Positions 53,677 through 64,000 of a DNA stretch of 64,000 bases are shown here, piece after piece; the first letter of the stretch is position 1; each line of letters begins with the position of its first letter. The notes under the pieces are model-generated. The model ran no database searches and was not told the DNA's origin. It saw only the letters and a list, made by a program, of their open reading frames with translations. Origin of the DNA: Acidobacteriota bacterium (GTDB lineage: Bacteria > Acidobacteriota > Vicinamibacteria > Vicinamibacterales > 2-12-FULL-66-21); assembly GCA_046727175.1 (NCBI GenBank), contig JBKPCD010000144.1:8384-72383 (forward strand), given 5' to 3'. The position numbers and the translations under genes are program-made.

Positions 53677-54386
53677 TAATGTTTGAACGCCCACAGGGAC
53701 GTCCGCTGACGCCCGTCAGCGTCGAAGTTCTCCGGCGCGAGCCATCGCTCGAAAGCCGTCTTTCGTGACGGCCACTCCGTGTCCAGCATCGAGTACCACG
53801 CCGTGTCGCGGCTTCTTCCCTTCACGATCATGTGCTGACGGAAGATGCCTTCGAACGTAAAGCCGAGACGGAGCGCCGCCGATCGCGACGGCGCGTTCAG
53901 CGCGTTGCACTTCCACTCGTACCGCCGGTAGCCGAGGTCTTCGAATGCGTGTCGCGCCATGAGAAACATCGCTTCCGTCGCGCCGGTCGTCGCCTGCAGC
54001 GGCGGCGTGTAGAGGATGTTCCCGACTTCGATCACCCGATCGGCCGGCTTGATGCGCATGTACGATGCATATCCGAGCGCCGCATCGTCGCGCTTCCGCA
54101 CGATCGCGAAGAAGACGGCGTCCGCAGACGATGCCTTGCGCCGGAGCTCGGCGTCGAACGCCGCGCGCTCGGCGTACGGCCCATCCGAGAGGTAGCGCCA
54201 CAAGCGCTCGCGTTCGGGTCCCCGTGACTCTTCGAAGAGACGCGCGCCGTGCAGCGCCGGCTCGAGCGGGACGAGAACGACATGCCGCCCTGGGAGCGTG
54301 ACTCGCTCGGGCCGGCGTGCCGGGTTCGCGTCCACTACTGGACCAACGGCACCGGCACGGGACAGATCGGTGGTTTCCGAAGTCAT
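53676..54386 (-). CDS. GNAT-family N-acetyltransferase (RimJ/RimL-like)
   Basis: VTLPGRHVVLVPLEP..GYASYMRI..IEVGNILYTPPLQATTGATEAMFLMARHAFEDLGYRRYEWKCNALNAPSRSAALRLGFTFEG. An alternative ATG is at 54407. Confidence 0.8.
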   Translation of the reverse strand: MTSETTDLSRAGAVGPVVDANPARRPERVTLPGRHVVLVPLEPALHGARLFEESRGPERERLWRYLSDGPYAERAAFDAELRRKASSADAVFFAIVRKRDDAALGYASYMRIKPADRVIEVGNILYTPPLQATTGATEAMFLMARHAFEDLGYRRYEWKCNALNAPSRSAALRLGFTFEGIFRQHMIVKGRSRDTAWYSMLDTEWPSRKTAFERWLAPENFDADGRQRTSLWAFKH

Positions 54387-54550
54387 TCCTCCCCTCGAAC
54401 GGGGCATCGTACACGACGTCGGGACTTGCGAATCGATCCGATCCCGATTGGGCTGGAGTAAGCACCACCGGACCAGCGTGCTCCGGTTTCCACCTGAAGT
54501 ATTCGAATTGGATCCGTCTCTCTGCGTCGGTCGAACGTCCAATTACACGC

Positions 54551-54590
54551 GGGGGCTTCGCCCGGCCGGACGCCCCATCGCCGTCGTCTG
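54551..54590 (+). repeat. GC-rich dispersed direct repeat, copy 3
   Basis: GGGGGCTTCGCCCGGCCGGACGCCCCATCGCCGTCGTCTG, 25 nt upstream of the ATG at 54616. It contains the GGGGC-TTC-GCCC mini-hairpin. Confidence 0.8.
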
Positions 54591-54615
54591 CACTCGGATG
54601 TGAAAGGGGATTCGT

Positions 54616-55092
54616 ATGAGACCGCGCGCCCTTGCCACGCTGGCCGTCCTCTGCATCTCCTGGACAGCCGCAACCGTGATCCTCGGTGGAAGCGTTCCGG
54701 TTGGCGTGTATGCGATCGTCGAGAAAGTGGTGCTCGAGCCGAACGACGCGCACCCACAGCGGATCCAGATCTGGGGAGCGTTCTCGCTGGCGGAACGGAC
54801 GCGCTCTGCTCGCTTCGGACCAGCTCAGCGCGGCTACCTTTATTACAGCTGTCCTGAGGGACAAGAGACGATCTGCAGGAACGAGTGGTCCGACATCAAA
54901 TCTACAGCCGGTACCGGCCAGTTGCTCGCGTTCGGCGATCGGAATCGGCCGACCGACCGCGTGCGCGCAGCGGACGAGAAGCCGACATCGCCTTCGGCGT
55001 ATCCAATCCAGATGGGCGTCTTCAAGATGGGCTCAGGAGACGGCCCGGATCAGATCAAAGCGCGGTTGGCGGCAGTGTTGAGCCCCCGTTAA
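54616..55092 (+). CDS. Hypothetical secreted/anchored protein (158 aa)
   Basis: Signal or anchor MRPRALATLAVLCISWTAATVILG. No motif I recognise. It is the first gene of a same-strand cluster with the desaturase-like and LtaS-like genes. Confidence 0.5.
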   Translation: MRPRALATLAVLCISWTAATVILGGSVPVGVYAIVEKVVLEPNDAHPQRIQIWGAFSLAERTRSARFGPAQRGYLYYSCPEGQETICRNEWSDIKSTAGTGQLLAFGDRNRPTDRVRAADEKPTSPSAYPIQMGVFKMGSGDGPDQIKARLAAVLSPR

Positions 55093-55137
55093 CGATCGCG
55101 TGTTCCATCCGTCTTCCCCTAAAGAGGACGGTCTGCC

Positions 55138-56277
55138 ATGACGCCTGCGCTCGTCCCGCGATCGAAGAGCTCCCTACGGCACTCGGAATGGGACGCCGTG
55201 CTCGTGGCGCTGTCGCTCGCCCATGCGATCGTGCTGATCAGTGTTCCGTCGGCTGTCGTAATCGCCCTCGGCCTGTGGTGGAACTCCAACACAATTGCGC
55301 ACAACTTCATCCACACTCCGTTCTTTCGCTCGCGTCTGTTGAACCGCGCATATTCGGTGTATCTGAGCGTGCTGCTCGGCATTCCGCAGACGCTGTGGCG
55401 CGAACGACACCTGCAGCATCACAGCGGAAGTCATCATCGCTTGCGATGGACCCGCGCCGTCGCAAGTGAAGTCATTGTCGTGGCAACAGTGTGGATGATT
55501 CTCGCCGTGTCCGCTCCGCGGTTCTTCCTGACCGTGTACGTGCCCGGGTACATTACGGGTCTGACCCTCTGTTTCCTGCAAGGTCACTTCGAGCACGTCC
55601 GTGGAACGATCAGCCACTACGGATGGCTCTACAACCTCCTGTTCTTCAACGATGGCTACCACGTCGAGCACCACTTGCGTCCCGGTGAACACTGGACGCG
55701 GCTGCCCATGCGCAGACAGCCCGGCGCGCTGCAAAGCAAATGGCCGTCCGTGCTCCGATGGCTGGATGCGATTGGTCTCGAATCACTGGAACGCCTCGTG
55801 TTGCGATCGAAATGGCTGCAGCGCTTCGTTCTGACCGCGCATGAACGCGCGTTTCGCGTGTTGCTGGCGAAGATCCCGCCAGCACGGCGCATCACGATTG
55901 TCGGCGGGGGCCTGTTCCCCAGGACGGCGCTGATCCTTCGAAGGCTCCAGCCCTCGGCCGAGTTGACCATTGTCGACGCCAATGCCGCGAACCTCGAACG
56001 CGCACGAGACTTCCTCGACGACACCGTTGCATTTCAGCATCGCTTGTACGACCCCGGCACCCAGGACGAAGCGGACCTTGTCGTCATTCCGCTGGCCTTC
56101 ATCGGCAACCGGCCCCTCGTCTATCGCAGGCCACTCGCACCTGCCGTGCTGGTGCATGACTGGCTGTGGAGGACGCACGGCGACGGAACTCGTATCTCGT
56201 GGATGCTGCTCAAACGGCTGAATCTCGTCACCCGAGATCGGATCGCTGGATCGGCAGGCGCGACGTCTCGGTGCTGA
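55138..56277 (+). CDS. Membrane fatty-acid-desaturase-family domain fused to a C-terminal Rossmann-like domain
   Basis: Three His boxes: HNFIH, HLQHH, HVEHH, within ~200 aa containing TM segments. The C-terminal ~170 aa contain [27 protein letters not shown]. Confidence 0.6.
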   Translation: MTPALVPRSKSSLRHSEWDAVLVALSLAHAIVLISVPSAVVIALGLWWNSNTIAHNFIHTPFFRSRLLNRAYSVYLSVLLGIPQTLWRERHLQHHSGSHHRLRWTRAVASEVIVVATVWMILAVSAPRFFLTVYVPGYITGLTLCFLQGHFEHVRGTISHYGWLYNLLFFNDGYHVEHHLRPGEHWTRLPMRRQPGALQSKWPSVLRWLDAIGLESLERLVLRSKWLQRFVLTAHERAFRVLLAKIPPARRITIVGGGLFPRTALILRRLQPSAELTIVDANAANLERARDFLDDTVAFQHRLYDPGTQDEADLVVIPLAFIGNRPLVYRRPLAPAVLVHDWLWRTHGDGTRISWMLLKRLNLVTRDRIAGSAGATSRC

Positions 56278-58097
56278 GAGCGGTCTCGCTGCTCGCCGTG
56301 CTGCTCGTCGCCAAGACAATCATCCTCTTGGCGTGCGGGGCATCGCTTTCGTGGTGGGCACCTGTCGCGTACTTCTGGCAGGACGTCTTCACAGCCCTGA
56401 TGTTTCTGTTCTTCGACAGGGTCGTGAGATGGCCCGCGCTCGCCTGGGCCGTCTATGCGGTAATGGTCGCGTACGTGGCTGTCAACGTCCCCGTGGCCCT
56501 GGTTCTGTCGACCCCGCTCACGTGGACGATCATCCGAGCGGCGGGCGGTCCGCTCGCCGACTCGATCGCGCATTACCTTACGGTAACCAATCTGGCCGCT
56601 GTCTCCATGGTCGTCGTGACCGGGGTGGGGCTTCCGCTCTTGCTCCGGCGACGATTCGGCGCGATGACGCGGGCCGATCGTGTCGGCCTGTCGATTGGAG
56701 CTGCGATTCTGATCGCGGCGATCGGGCCATACGCGGCGTCACGACTGGACACACGCGGCCTGCATCGAAACGCGCTCGGCGCGCTGCTCCCGGCAGGTCT
56801 CCACACCAGCGCTTCACCAACCCGCGCCAGCCGGTCCGATCTCCACGGAATGGACATGTCCGGCGCAGACGAGTGGCGGAGGAGCCCGTTCGGAAGTCAC
56901 GCTGGTGAGGACCTCTCGCGTTTTCGCGGCATCGCGAAAGGACGAAACGTGCTGCTCGTCGTGCTCGAATCGACCGCGGCGCGATACCTCGGCCTCTACG
57001 GAGCCCCACGCGATCCGATGCCGAGATTGAGTGCGCTCGCGGCGCAGTCGATAGTGGTCGATCACGCATACGCAGCGTACCCGGAGAGCGTCAAAGGGTT
57101 GTTTGCGGTGCTGTGCTCGCGATTCCCCGCGTTCGACACCTCACCTGAAATCTACGCTCGCGTTCCATGCGCGTCGCTCGCCTGTCGGCTGAAAGAGGCC
57201 GGATACCGTACGGCGCTCTTTCATTCCGGCCGATTCGCATATCTCGGTATGCGATCCGTGATTGATGGCCGCGGGTTCGACACCCTCGAGGATGCCGGCG
57301 CGATTGGTGGACGGGTGGAATCGAGCTTCGGTGTCGATGAACGCTCGACCGTCAAACGTCTGCTCGGATGGATCGACACCCTGGAACCTCGCGATCGTTT
57401 CTTCATCACGTATCTGCCGATCGCCGGCCACCATCCCTACGTGACAACCGTTCGCGGGCCCTTCGCAGATTCTGACGAGTTCCATCGCAGCGCGCAGAAC
57501 ACGCGCGTCAGGGATCCCGATTTCACGCAATACCTCAACGCCCTGCACGAAAGCGACCAGGCGCTCAGCGAGCTGCTTCAGGGCCTTGCCGCGCGTCACC
57601 TCGACGATCGCACGCTCATCGTCGTCATGGGCGACCACGGGGAGGCATTCGGTCAACATTCCGGGAACTTTGCGCATACGCTGTTCATCTACGACGAAAA
57701 CGTGCGTGTTCCGTACCTCATCGTCGCATCCGGAATCTTCGACAGTTCGATTCGAACAAGCGCCGTCGTCAGCATCATTGACACGGCGCCCACGATCCTC
57801 GATCTTCTCGGGCTGCCGGTGCCCCACGTGTATCAGGGAGTTTCACTGCTCGACGCCACGCCCCGGATGGCCCTCTTCTATACCGACTACTCAATCGGCT
57901 GGCTCGGGTTGGTAGATGGATGCTGGAAATTTCTCTACGAGGTCGACGCGAAGCGTTCGCGACTGTTCGACGTCTGTCGTGACCCGGATGAAACAATCGA
58001 TCGCTCTGCTGATTTCGTCGAACGCGTGAACGAGTACCGCGATCGGGTGGAGGACTGGGCCGCCGCTCAAAAAGAAGCCATCCTGGCGGGCCGCTGA
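56271..58097 (+). CDS. LtaS/sulfatase-superfamily membrane-anchored transferase (phosphoglycerol/phosphoethanolamine-transferase-like)
   Basis: GTG at 56271 overlaps the upstream stop (GTGCTGA). ~5 N-terminal TM helices, then [42 protein letters not shown]. No C/S-x-P-x-R formylglycine motif. Confidence 0.75.
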   Translation: MLRAVSLLAVLLVAKTIILLACGASLSWWAPVAYFWQDVFTALMFLFFDRVVRWPALAWAVYAVMVAYVAVNVPVALVLSTPLTWTIIRAAGGPLADSIAHYLTVTNLAAVSMVVVTGVGLPLLLRRRFGAMTRADRVGLSIGAAILIAAIGPYAASRLDTRGLHRNALGALLPAGLHTSASPTRASRSDLHGMDMSGADEWRRSPFGSHAGEDLSRFRGIAKGRNVLLVVLESTAARYLGLYGAPRDPMPRLSALAAQSIVVDHAYAAYPESVKGLFAVLCSRFPAFDTSPEIYARVPCASLACRLKEAGYRTALFHSGRFAYLGMRSVIDGRGFDTLEDAGAIGGRVESSFGVDERSTVKRLLGWIDTLEPRDRFFITYLPIAGHHPYVTTVRGPFADSDEFHRSAQNTRVRDPDFTQYLNALHESDQALSELLQGLAARHLDDRTLIVVMGDHGEAFGQHSGNFAHTLFIYDENVRVPYLIVASGIFDSSIRTSAVVSIIDTAPTILDLLGLPVPHVYQGVSLLDATPRMALFYTDYSIGWLGLVDGCWKFLYEVDAKRSRLFDVCRDPDETIDRSADFVERVNEYRDRVEDWAAAQKEAILAGR

Positions 58098-59160
58098 CCG
58101 CCGACAAGCACGCCGAAGGAGGAAACGCGAGAAGGGAGAACGCGATTTGGACACAGCCACTTGTCCCAATCCGACGACGTTTCCGTCCGGACCGTGTCGG
58201 GATCGGCGATCGTAATGCTCGCCGCCGCGCCACTCGTCCTCTCGACGAGCTTGAGCCCTTCGCGAGGTCCAAGCACGGAGACCGACGTCGCGAGCGCATC
58301 GGACAAGGTACCGGTCGGCGCAACAACGGTCACGCTGCTGCGGCGCGTCAATGGCGCTCCCGTTCGCGGATCGATGATGTGAGAATATCGGACGCCTCCG
58401 ATTTCCACCCATTGCTCGGTGTCACCGGAAGTCGACACCGCCGCGTCTCGGAGGAGAATCGAACGCGGCGCGACATCACCCCGAAGGTCGGCGACTGCTA
58501 CAGTCCAGCCATCAAGGCCTGGCGGCGCATCCATCGCAACGATATCGCCGCCGATCGCAACGAGCGCGCTCGTGATGCCGTGTCGCCTCAGCACTGCGAC
58601 GACTTCGTCGGCAGCGAAGCCCTTGCCTATTCCACCCAGATCGAGCTGCATTCCTGGCTCGCGCAGGGTGACCGTCCGCTCGCGTGGGTGCAGAATCAAT
58701 TTGTCGCGACCGGTCAGAGCTCTCGCGGTTTGCAGTCGCGCAGGATCCGGGAACTCGCCCAGACGCCGTGCACGACGCCAGAGACGTGTTATCGGACCGA
58801 CGGTGACGTCGAAGGCGCCGCTGCTTTCGGTCGAAACACTCTGGGACGCAGTTAGCACGCGAAACAAGTCCTCGCTGACGCGTACCGGACCCGTTCCAGC
58901 GCGCCGGCCGAGTGCTGCGACTTCACTGTCCTCACGATAATCGCTCATGACGGCGTCGAGCGCCTCGATCCGGGCGAAGCCGGCGGAAGCGCTCTGGCGT
59001 GCCGCCTCTTCACTCGACGCGAACACCACGATTCGCGCGCCCGTCCCCATTTGAGGTAACGAGAATTCGTACCGCGCGAGGCGCGGAGCAGCGGCGCCGC
59101 TGCACCAGAACAGGAGCGCGCCGAGAAGCGCTCTCGTCATGTCAGCAAGGACACTGCGCA

Positions 59161-59161
<1 letters not shown>
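58067..59161 (-). CDS. apbE: FAD:protein FMN transferase (ApbE family)
   Basis: MGTGARIVVFA, LGGIGKGFAADEVV, VSTSGDTEQW, HIIDPRTG. The ATG shares one base with the upstream TGA (TGATG). Signal-like N-terminus. Confidence 0.85.
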
Positions 59162-60441
<1,280 letters not shown>

Positions 60442-60459
60442 AGGACCCTCCCACACCCG

Positions 60460-61482
60460 CTAATCATGGCTGTCTCGCGTTATCTGCGACCGAAACCCCT
60501 TCAGGTTCTCCTGTTCATCAACTGCGCGGACCACACGGATGCCGACGAACGTCGCGTCGGTGTGCCACCAGATGCTCTGCGGACTCTGCGGGTCACGTCT
60601 GCTCCAGTCGGGCGTCGAGCCGCGTCGCGCCCCGCTCCGCAACCGTCGCGCGTCATCGTCCCACGAGCCGCCGCGTGCCACGTGCGGGTACCGCTTGTTG
60701 CCTGGAAGCAACACCGGTCCGATCATGCGCGGCTGCACGCGTTGATAGTACTCGCGATCGTATTGATCGAGGCACCACTCGGCGACGTTCCCGTTCATGT
60801 CGTGCAAGCCCCAGGGATTGGGTTTCTTCTGGCCGACGGGATGCGGACGTTCCTCCGAATTCTCGGCGCTCCACCCGTACTCTCCGAGCTCGCGTGGATC
60901 GTCCCCGAAGGAATATGCCGTCCTCGCGCCGGCGCGAGCAGCGTACTCCCACTCGGCTTCCGTGGCCAGCCGATAGAGCTTGCCGGTCTTCGCTGACAGC
61001 CAGCGGCAATATTCCATCGCCGCATGCCACGTCATATCGATTGCCGGCTGACGGCCTTTGCCGTACCCGAACGATTCGTCGCCGTACGGGAGTGTCGGCC
61101 TCGTGACTGCATCGACCCCGGGCGGTATCGTCGCCTGCGAACGCGTGGACGAGGGGGACTCAGTATCGGAACCAAACGCAAAGAGATCGTATTCGTCCCA
61201 GGTCACCTCGGTCTTGCCAATCCAGAAAGGCCGGATTTCGACCTCGTGCTGCGGCCCCTCGTCTTCGGCCCGTCCCTTCTCTGCCGCCGGACTGCCCATG
61301 GTGAAGATGCCGCCGGGAATCCCGACCATGTCGAAACGCACGCTCGTGCCCGCGATGGTCTCCGCGTACGCCGCAGGTTTTTCGACGGCTACGCCAGCCT
61401 GCTGGCGAGCCGACTCGCCTGGTATCGTCGCGCTCAGCGCGGCGATCGCTGCAATGGCAAACCAGATCCTCGCGTCACGCAT
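60460..61482 (-). CDS. Formylglycine-generating-enzyme (SUMF1/FGE) family protein, secreted
   Basis: Start at MRDARIWFAIAAIAALSA. FWIGKTEVTWDEY, WEYAARAG, GLHDMNGNVAEW, RGGSWDDDARRLRSGARRG, FVGIRVVR. Confidence 0.85.
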   Translation of the reverse strand: MRDARIWFAIAAIAALSATIPGESARQQAGVAVEKPAAYAETIAGTSVRFDMVGIPGGIFTMGSPAAEKGRAEDEGPQHEVEIRPFWIGKTEVTWDEYDLFAFGSDTESPSSTRSQATIPPGVDAVTRPTLPYGDESFGYGKGRQPAIDMTWHAAMEYCRWLSAKTGKLYRLATEAEWEYAARAGARTAYSFGDDPRELGEYGWSAENSEERPHPVGQKKPNPWGLHDMNGNVAEWCLDQYDREYYQRVQPRMIGPVLLPGNKRYPHVARGGSWDDDARRLRSGARRGSTPDWSRRDPQSPQSIWWHTDATFVGIRVVRAVDEQENLKGFRSQITRDSHD

Positions 61483-61493
61483 CTTAGGCCTGT

Positions 61494-61575
61494 GGCTTTT
61501 GGCTTGGGGGCTTTTTGGGCTTCGTGCTTTTAGGCCTTTGGCGGGCGCAGAGCCACGAGCCTCGAGCCATGAGCC
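61494..61575. repeat. GGCTTTT-type / GAGCCA-type degenerate unit run
   Basis: GGCTTTTGGCTTGGGGGCTTTTTGGGCTTCGTGCTTTTAGGCCTTTGGCGGG followed by CAGAGCCACGAGCCTCGAGCCATGAGCC. Confidence 0.7.
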
Positions 61576-62993
61576 TACTGTTTTCGATGCACCCACACGC
61601 TGTCGAAGAGCGGCGCCGGCGCGCCTCGCACGTCGGCAATGACGGCATGACGCGATTGGACAATGGGAATCCCGAGCGCCGCGGTGATGTCACGCAGCGC
61701 GGGGCGTGCCTCGTTGTGAACGAGCGCGCCGTCCGGTGCGAGCATGCCGGCGATGTTGCTCATCGCAAGCATCAGCTCCGCATCATCGAAATACGGAAGG
61801 ATGTTTGTCGCGATGATCAAGTCGAATGGCTGTCCGTCGAGACGTTCGGTGACGATGTCGACCGGCTCGGCGGTCAGGACGTGCGCGGCGGCTGACCCGA
61901 CTCGCACCGTCTTCTCCAGGTGGCCCGCCGTTGACGCCGTGCGCCGGCGCTCCGACGCTTCGTCCCCAATCGATCTCCCGAGCCGTTCAAAGTAGTCGCG
62001 ATATTCCTGCCGCAGCTTTACCGTCTCGCTCTCCGCAATCCCGCTGACCAGCGTCAACACCGGCGGCGTGCGGTGTGAGTCGCGCAGGTGCTCGACCACA
62101 CGCGGATTGATGTCGGCGCCGACAACCGCGAGATCGTCGGCGCCAGCGAGACCGAGGGACAGGAGCGCGTCGATTACCGCCCACGGCTGGTAGCTCTCCG
62201 GCGGACCATCTTCCAGGAGTCCCGTCCTTGGAGCGAGGTCGAGCCCTGGCCCCACGATCAGCACGCGACGGATGCGGCGATCGGGCTCCAGAGACTGGAG
62301 CACGCCCAAGCCAAGATACACGACGTATCCCGCCTCGACAGCGGTGTCGGTGCTGAGGCCGCGCGTGCGATACAGCTCCGCGATCGCGTCAGCTGCCTGC
62401 GCGGAGCGTTGCGCGACGAACTCCTTTTCATGGACGAACCGCATCGCCCGCACGTATTCGCGAAGGAGTCCCGCATTCCGTTCACGGCGATCGGGATACG
62501 TCGCGTTCACGAGGCTGCGGAAGTAGGCGAGCCGCGGATCGGACGCCGGCGAATCGATCGCGCGCAGGAGCGCAGCCGCGCGCGAGCGAACCGGCGCGGG
62601 GATCCGGGAGAGATCGAGCCGGGACGTCCGCAGGAACTCCGTGCGTTCCTGCACGTCGAGGCCGTCGACAAGTGCCTTCGCGCTGAGTGCCGGCTCGATC
62701 GGCGGAAGCGATGTGAACCGCATCGACTGGAGCAGATAGAAGACGAGGTGATCGAGGTCCCCTTCGCGAACCCGTCGCAGATTCGTCTGGCGCACCCGCT
62801 CGACGTACGACGGGAACTCGTCCGCCGTGATGCCGCGAGCGCTGAGCGGCACGTGGAAAGGGGCCACGTCGGTCCAACTGATTCGCCTGACCGACAGGCG
62901 GTCTTGATCGTCGGTAGCGGTGGCCGTGCACGTGATGACCACCCATACCAATCCACAGACCGCCGCAGTCGAGAGAACTCGGGCGCGCAGCAC
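61575..62993 (-). CDS. Hypothetical protein with a C-terminal class I SAM-methyltransferase-like (CheR-like) region and an N-terminal signal/anchor
   Basis: RVLIVGPGLDLAPR..VVGADINPRVVEHL..FDLIIATNILPYFDDAELMLAMSNIAGMLAPDGALVHNE. The N-terminal 200 aa are unassigned. Confidence 0.5.
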   Translation of the reverse strand: MLRARVLSTAAVCGLVWVVITCTATATDDQDRLSVRRISWTDVAPFHVPLSARGITADEFPSYVERVRQTNLRRVREGDLDHLVFYLLQSMRFTSLPPIEPALSAKALVDGLDVQERTEFLRTSRLDLSRIPAPVRSRAAALLRAIDSPASDPRLAYFRSLVNATYPDRRERNAGLLREYVRAMRFVHEKEFVAQRSAQAADAIAELYRTRGLSTDTAVEAGYVVYLGLGVLQSLEPDRRIRRVLIVGPGLDLAPRTGLLEDGPPESYQPWAVIDALLSLGLAGADDLAVVGADINPRVVEHLRDSHRTPPVLTLVSGIAESETVKLRQEYRDYFERLGRSIGDEASERRRTASTAGHLEKTVRVGSAAAHVLTAEPVDIVTERLDGQPFDLIIATNILPYFDDAELMLAMSNIAGMLAPDGALVHNEARPALRDITAALGIPIVQSRHAVIADVRGAPAPLFDSVWVHRKQ

Positions 62994-63014
62994 CGCATTC
63001 AGCGCTGTGGATTC

Positions 63015-63063
63015 GGGGCGATTCCCTCGCCGCCCCGAACCCTGAACCCTGAACCTTGAACTT
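63015..63063. repeat. Small GC hairpin plus a GAACCCT x3-4 tandem
   Basis: GGGGCG-ATTCCCTCGC-CGCCCC, then GAACCCTGAACCCTGAACCTTGAACTT, running up to the stop of the TonB-dependent receptor gene. Confidence 0.8.
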
Positions 63064-64000
63064 CAGAAGAGCAGCTTGAGCCCCAGCTGCCCGTACCGGG
63101 GGAAGTTCGACTGCCGCACCGACGTACGATCGATTGCGCCGAACAACGCATTGTTCGGGTTGTTCTCGTACTGCCGCTCGTCGTACACCACCTGATTGAG
63201 CAGGTTGAACACTTCGAAGCGCAGCTGCAACCGCACGCTGTTCGTCAGGCGCGTCGTCTTTGCGAAATTGACATCGAACTGATAGAAGGGCGGACGCCGA
63301 ATCTGATCGTCACGGAACTCGGTGCCGGCGCCGGTGTAGTTCGTGTTCGGCCTGATGATGAAGTTCGGCTCGGTGCAGCCAGCAGCGATCGAGAAGCTCT
63401 GCAAAGTGACGACGCCGGCATTGTTCATCTGAGCCACGCACGGCTGAACGCCACGGATAAGGTTCGGGTCATCGAAGTTTATGTCTCGAATCGTCGCGTC
63501 CTTTACGTACCAGACGTTCTGCGGCAGGCCCCAGGGCCGACCACTGTTGAACAGCCACATGCCGGCGACTTCCCAGCCGCCGGCGATCGCTTCCAGCACT
63601 GGGTTCGCGTTGTTCATGAACTTGCGCTCGCGACCGAACGGCAGATGATATACGCCGGAGATCGTGACGCGATGCCGTCGATCGCTCTCGTAGGGCGAGC
63701 GCTGGACCACTCGGTCCACTTCCGTGATCGTCGGATTGGTGGTGGCGGTGCCCCCGATCTGATTACCGCCGCCGTTTTCTTCGATCATCTTCGACCACGT
63801 GTACGTGCCCGCGAGCGAGATGCCGTTCGATACGCGCTTGTTCACGAGCAGCTGCGCCGAGTTGTACCAGATCCGCCCGTCGTTGCGGTCTAACATCGTG
63901 ATTTGCGTGAACTGCGGAAACGGGCGACTGAGCTCGTAGCGCGACAACGTCGGACTGGTGAACCGCGACGTGCCTTCGAATCCAGGCACCTGATAGAACG
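63063..64000 (-). CDS. TonB-dependent receptor-like outer-membrane protein, C-terminal part (5' end beyond the window)
   Basis: The reading frame stays open to the window edge (..FYQVPGFEGTSRF). Beta-barrel-like sequence ending GQLGLKLLF. Confidence 0.75.
   Translation of the reverse strand, partial: FYQVPGFEGTSRFTSPTLSRYELSRPFPQFTQITMLDRNDGRIWYNSAQLLVNKRVSNGISLAGTYTWSKMIEENGGGNQIGGTATTNPTITEVDRVVQRSPYESDRRHRVTISGVYHLPFGRERKFMNNANPVLEAIAGGWEVAGMWLFNSGRPWGLPQNVWYVKDATIRDINFDDPNLIRGVQPCVAQMNNAGVVTLQSFSIAAGCTEPNFIIRPNTNYTGAGTEFRDDQIRRPPFYQFDVNFAKTTRLTNSVRLQLRFEVFNLLNQVVYDERQYENNPNNALFGAIDRTSVRQSNFPRYGQLGLKLLF

Noticed and set aside
56271-58097. The LtaS-like sulfatase-superfamily protein as the substrate of the nearby FGE-like enzyme.
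   Set aside because: No C/S-x-P-x-R formylglycine motif is present, the architecture is LtaS/EptA-like (Thr/Ser nucleophile), and the genes are convergent, not co-transcribed.

Overview
This is a GC-rich bacterial chromosomal segment. I see no rRNA, tRNA, CRISPR, transposase, integrase or phage genes. The gene content points to Acidobacteriota (inference): four ADOP-type duplicated orphan FtsX permeases, a DUF1592/DUF1552 pair, CarboxypepD_reg-type TonB-dependent receptors, and many Sec/TAT-exported carbohydrate-active enzymes. I call 41 CDS. They include a ROK-repressor/GH3/xylA xylose locus, GH31, a CE15 esterase, a BNR sialidase, GH99-like and GHL6-like hydrolases, and a DAACS symporter. 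Three operons are less obvious: (a) an FGE-like protein, a TAT-exported Gfo/Idh/MocA oxidoreductase and ApbE; (b) a secreted protein, a desaturase fusion and an LtaS-like transferase; (c) a Q-rich low-complexity protein and a BON-domain protein. The most unusual signal is non-coding. Most intergenic spacers carry arrays of short (6-13 nt) units, usually arranged as self-complementary arms, and each locus uses a different unit. Three loci (8224-8379, 21835-21945, 49984-50101) share conserved hairpin termini (GCTGAAAAAC-type terminal inverted repeats) around a swappable palindromic core, and two of these copies are nearly identical although 28 kb apart. A helically phased ATCCGCG array (52155-52360) and a dispersed GC-rich direct repeat are also present. 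All calls come from reading the sequence and the ORF track by eye. No database search, folding or statistics were run. Repeat coordinates may be off by 1-2 nt. Novelty cannot be judged without searches.
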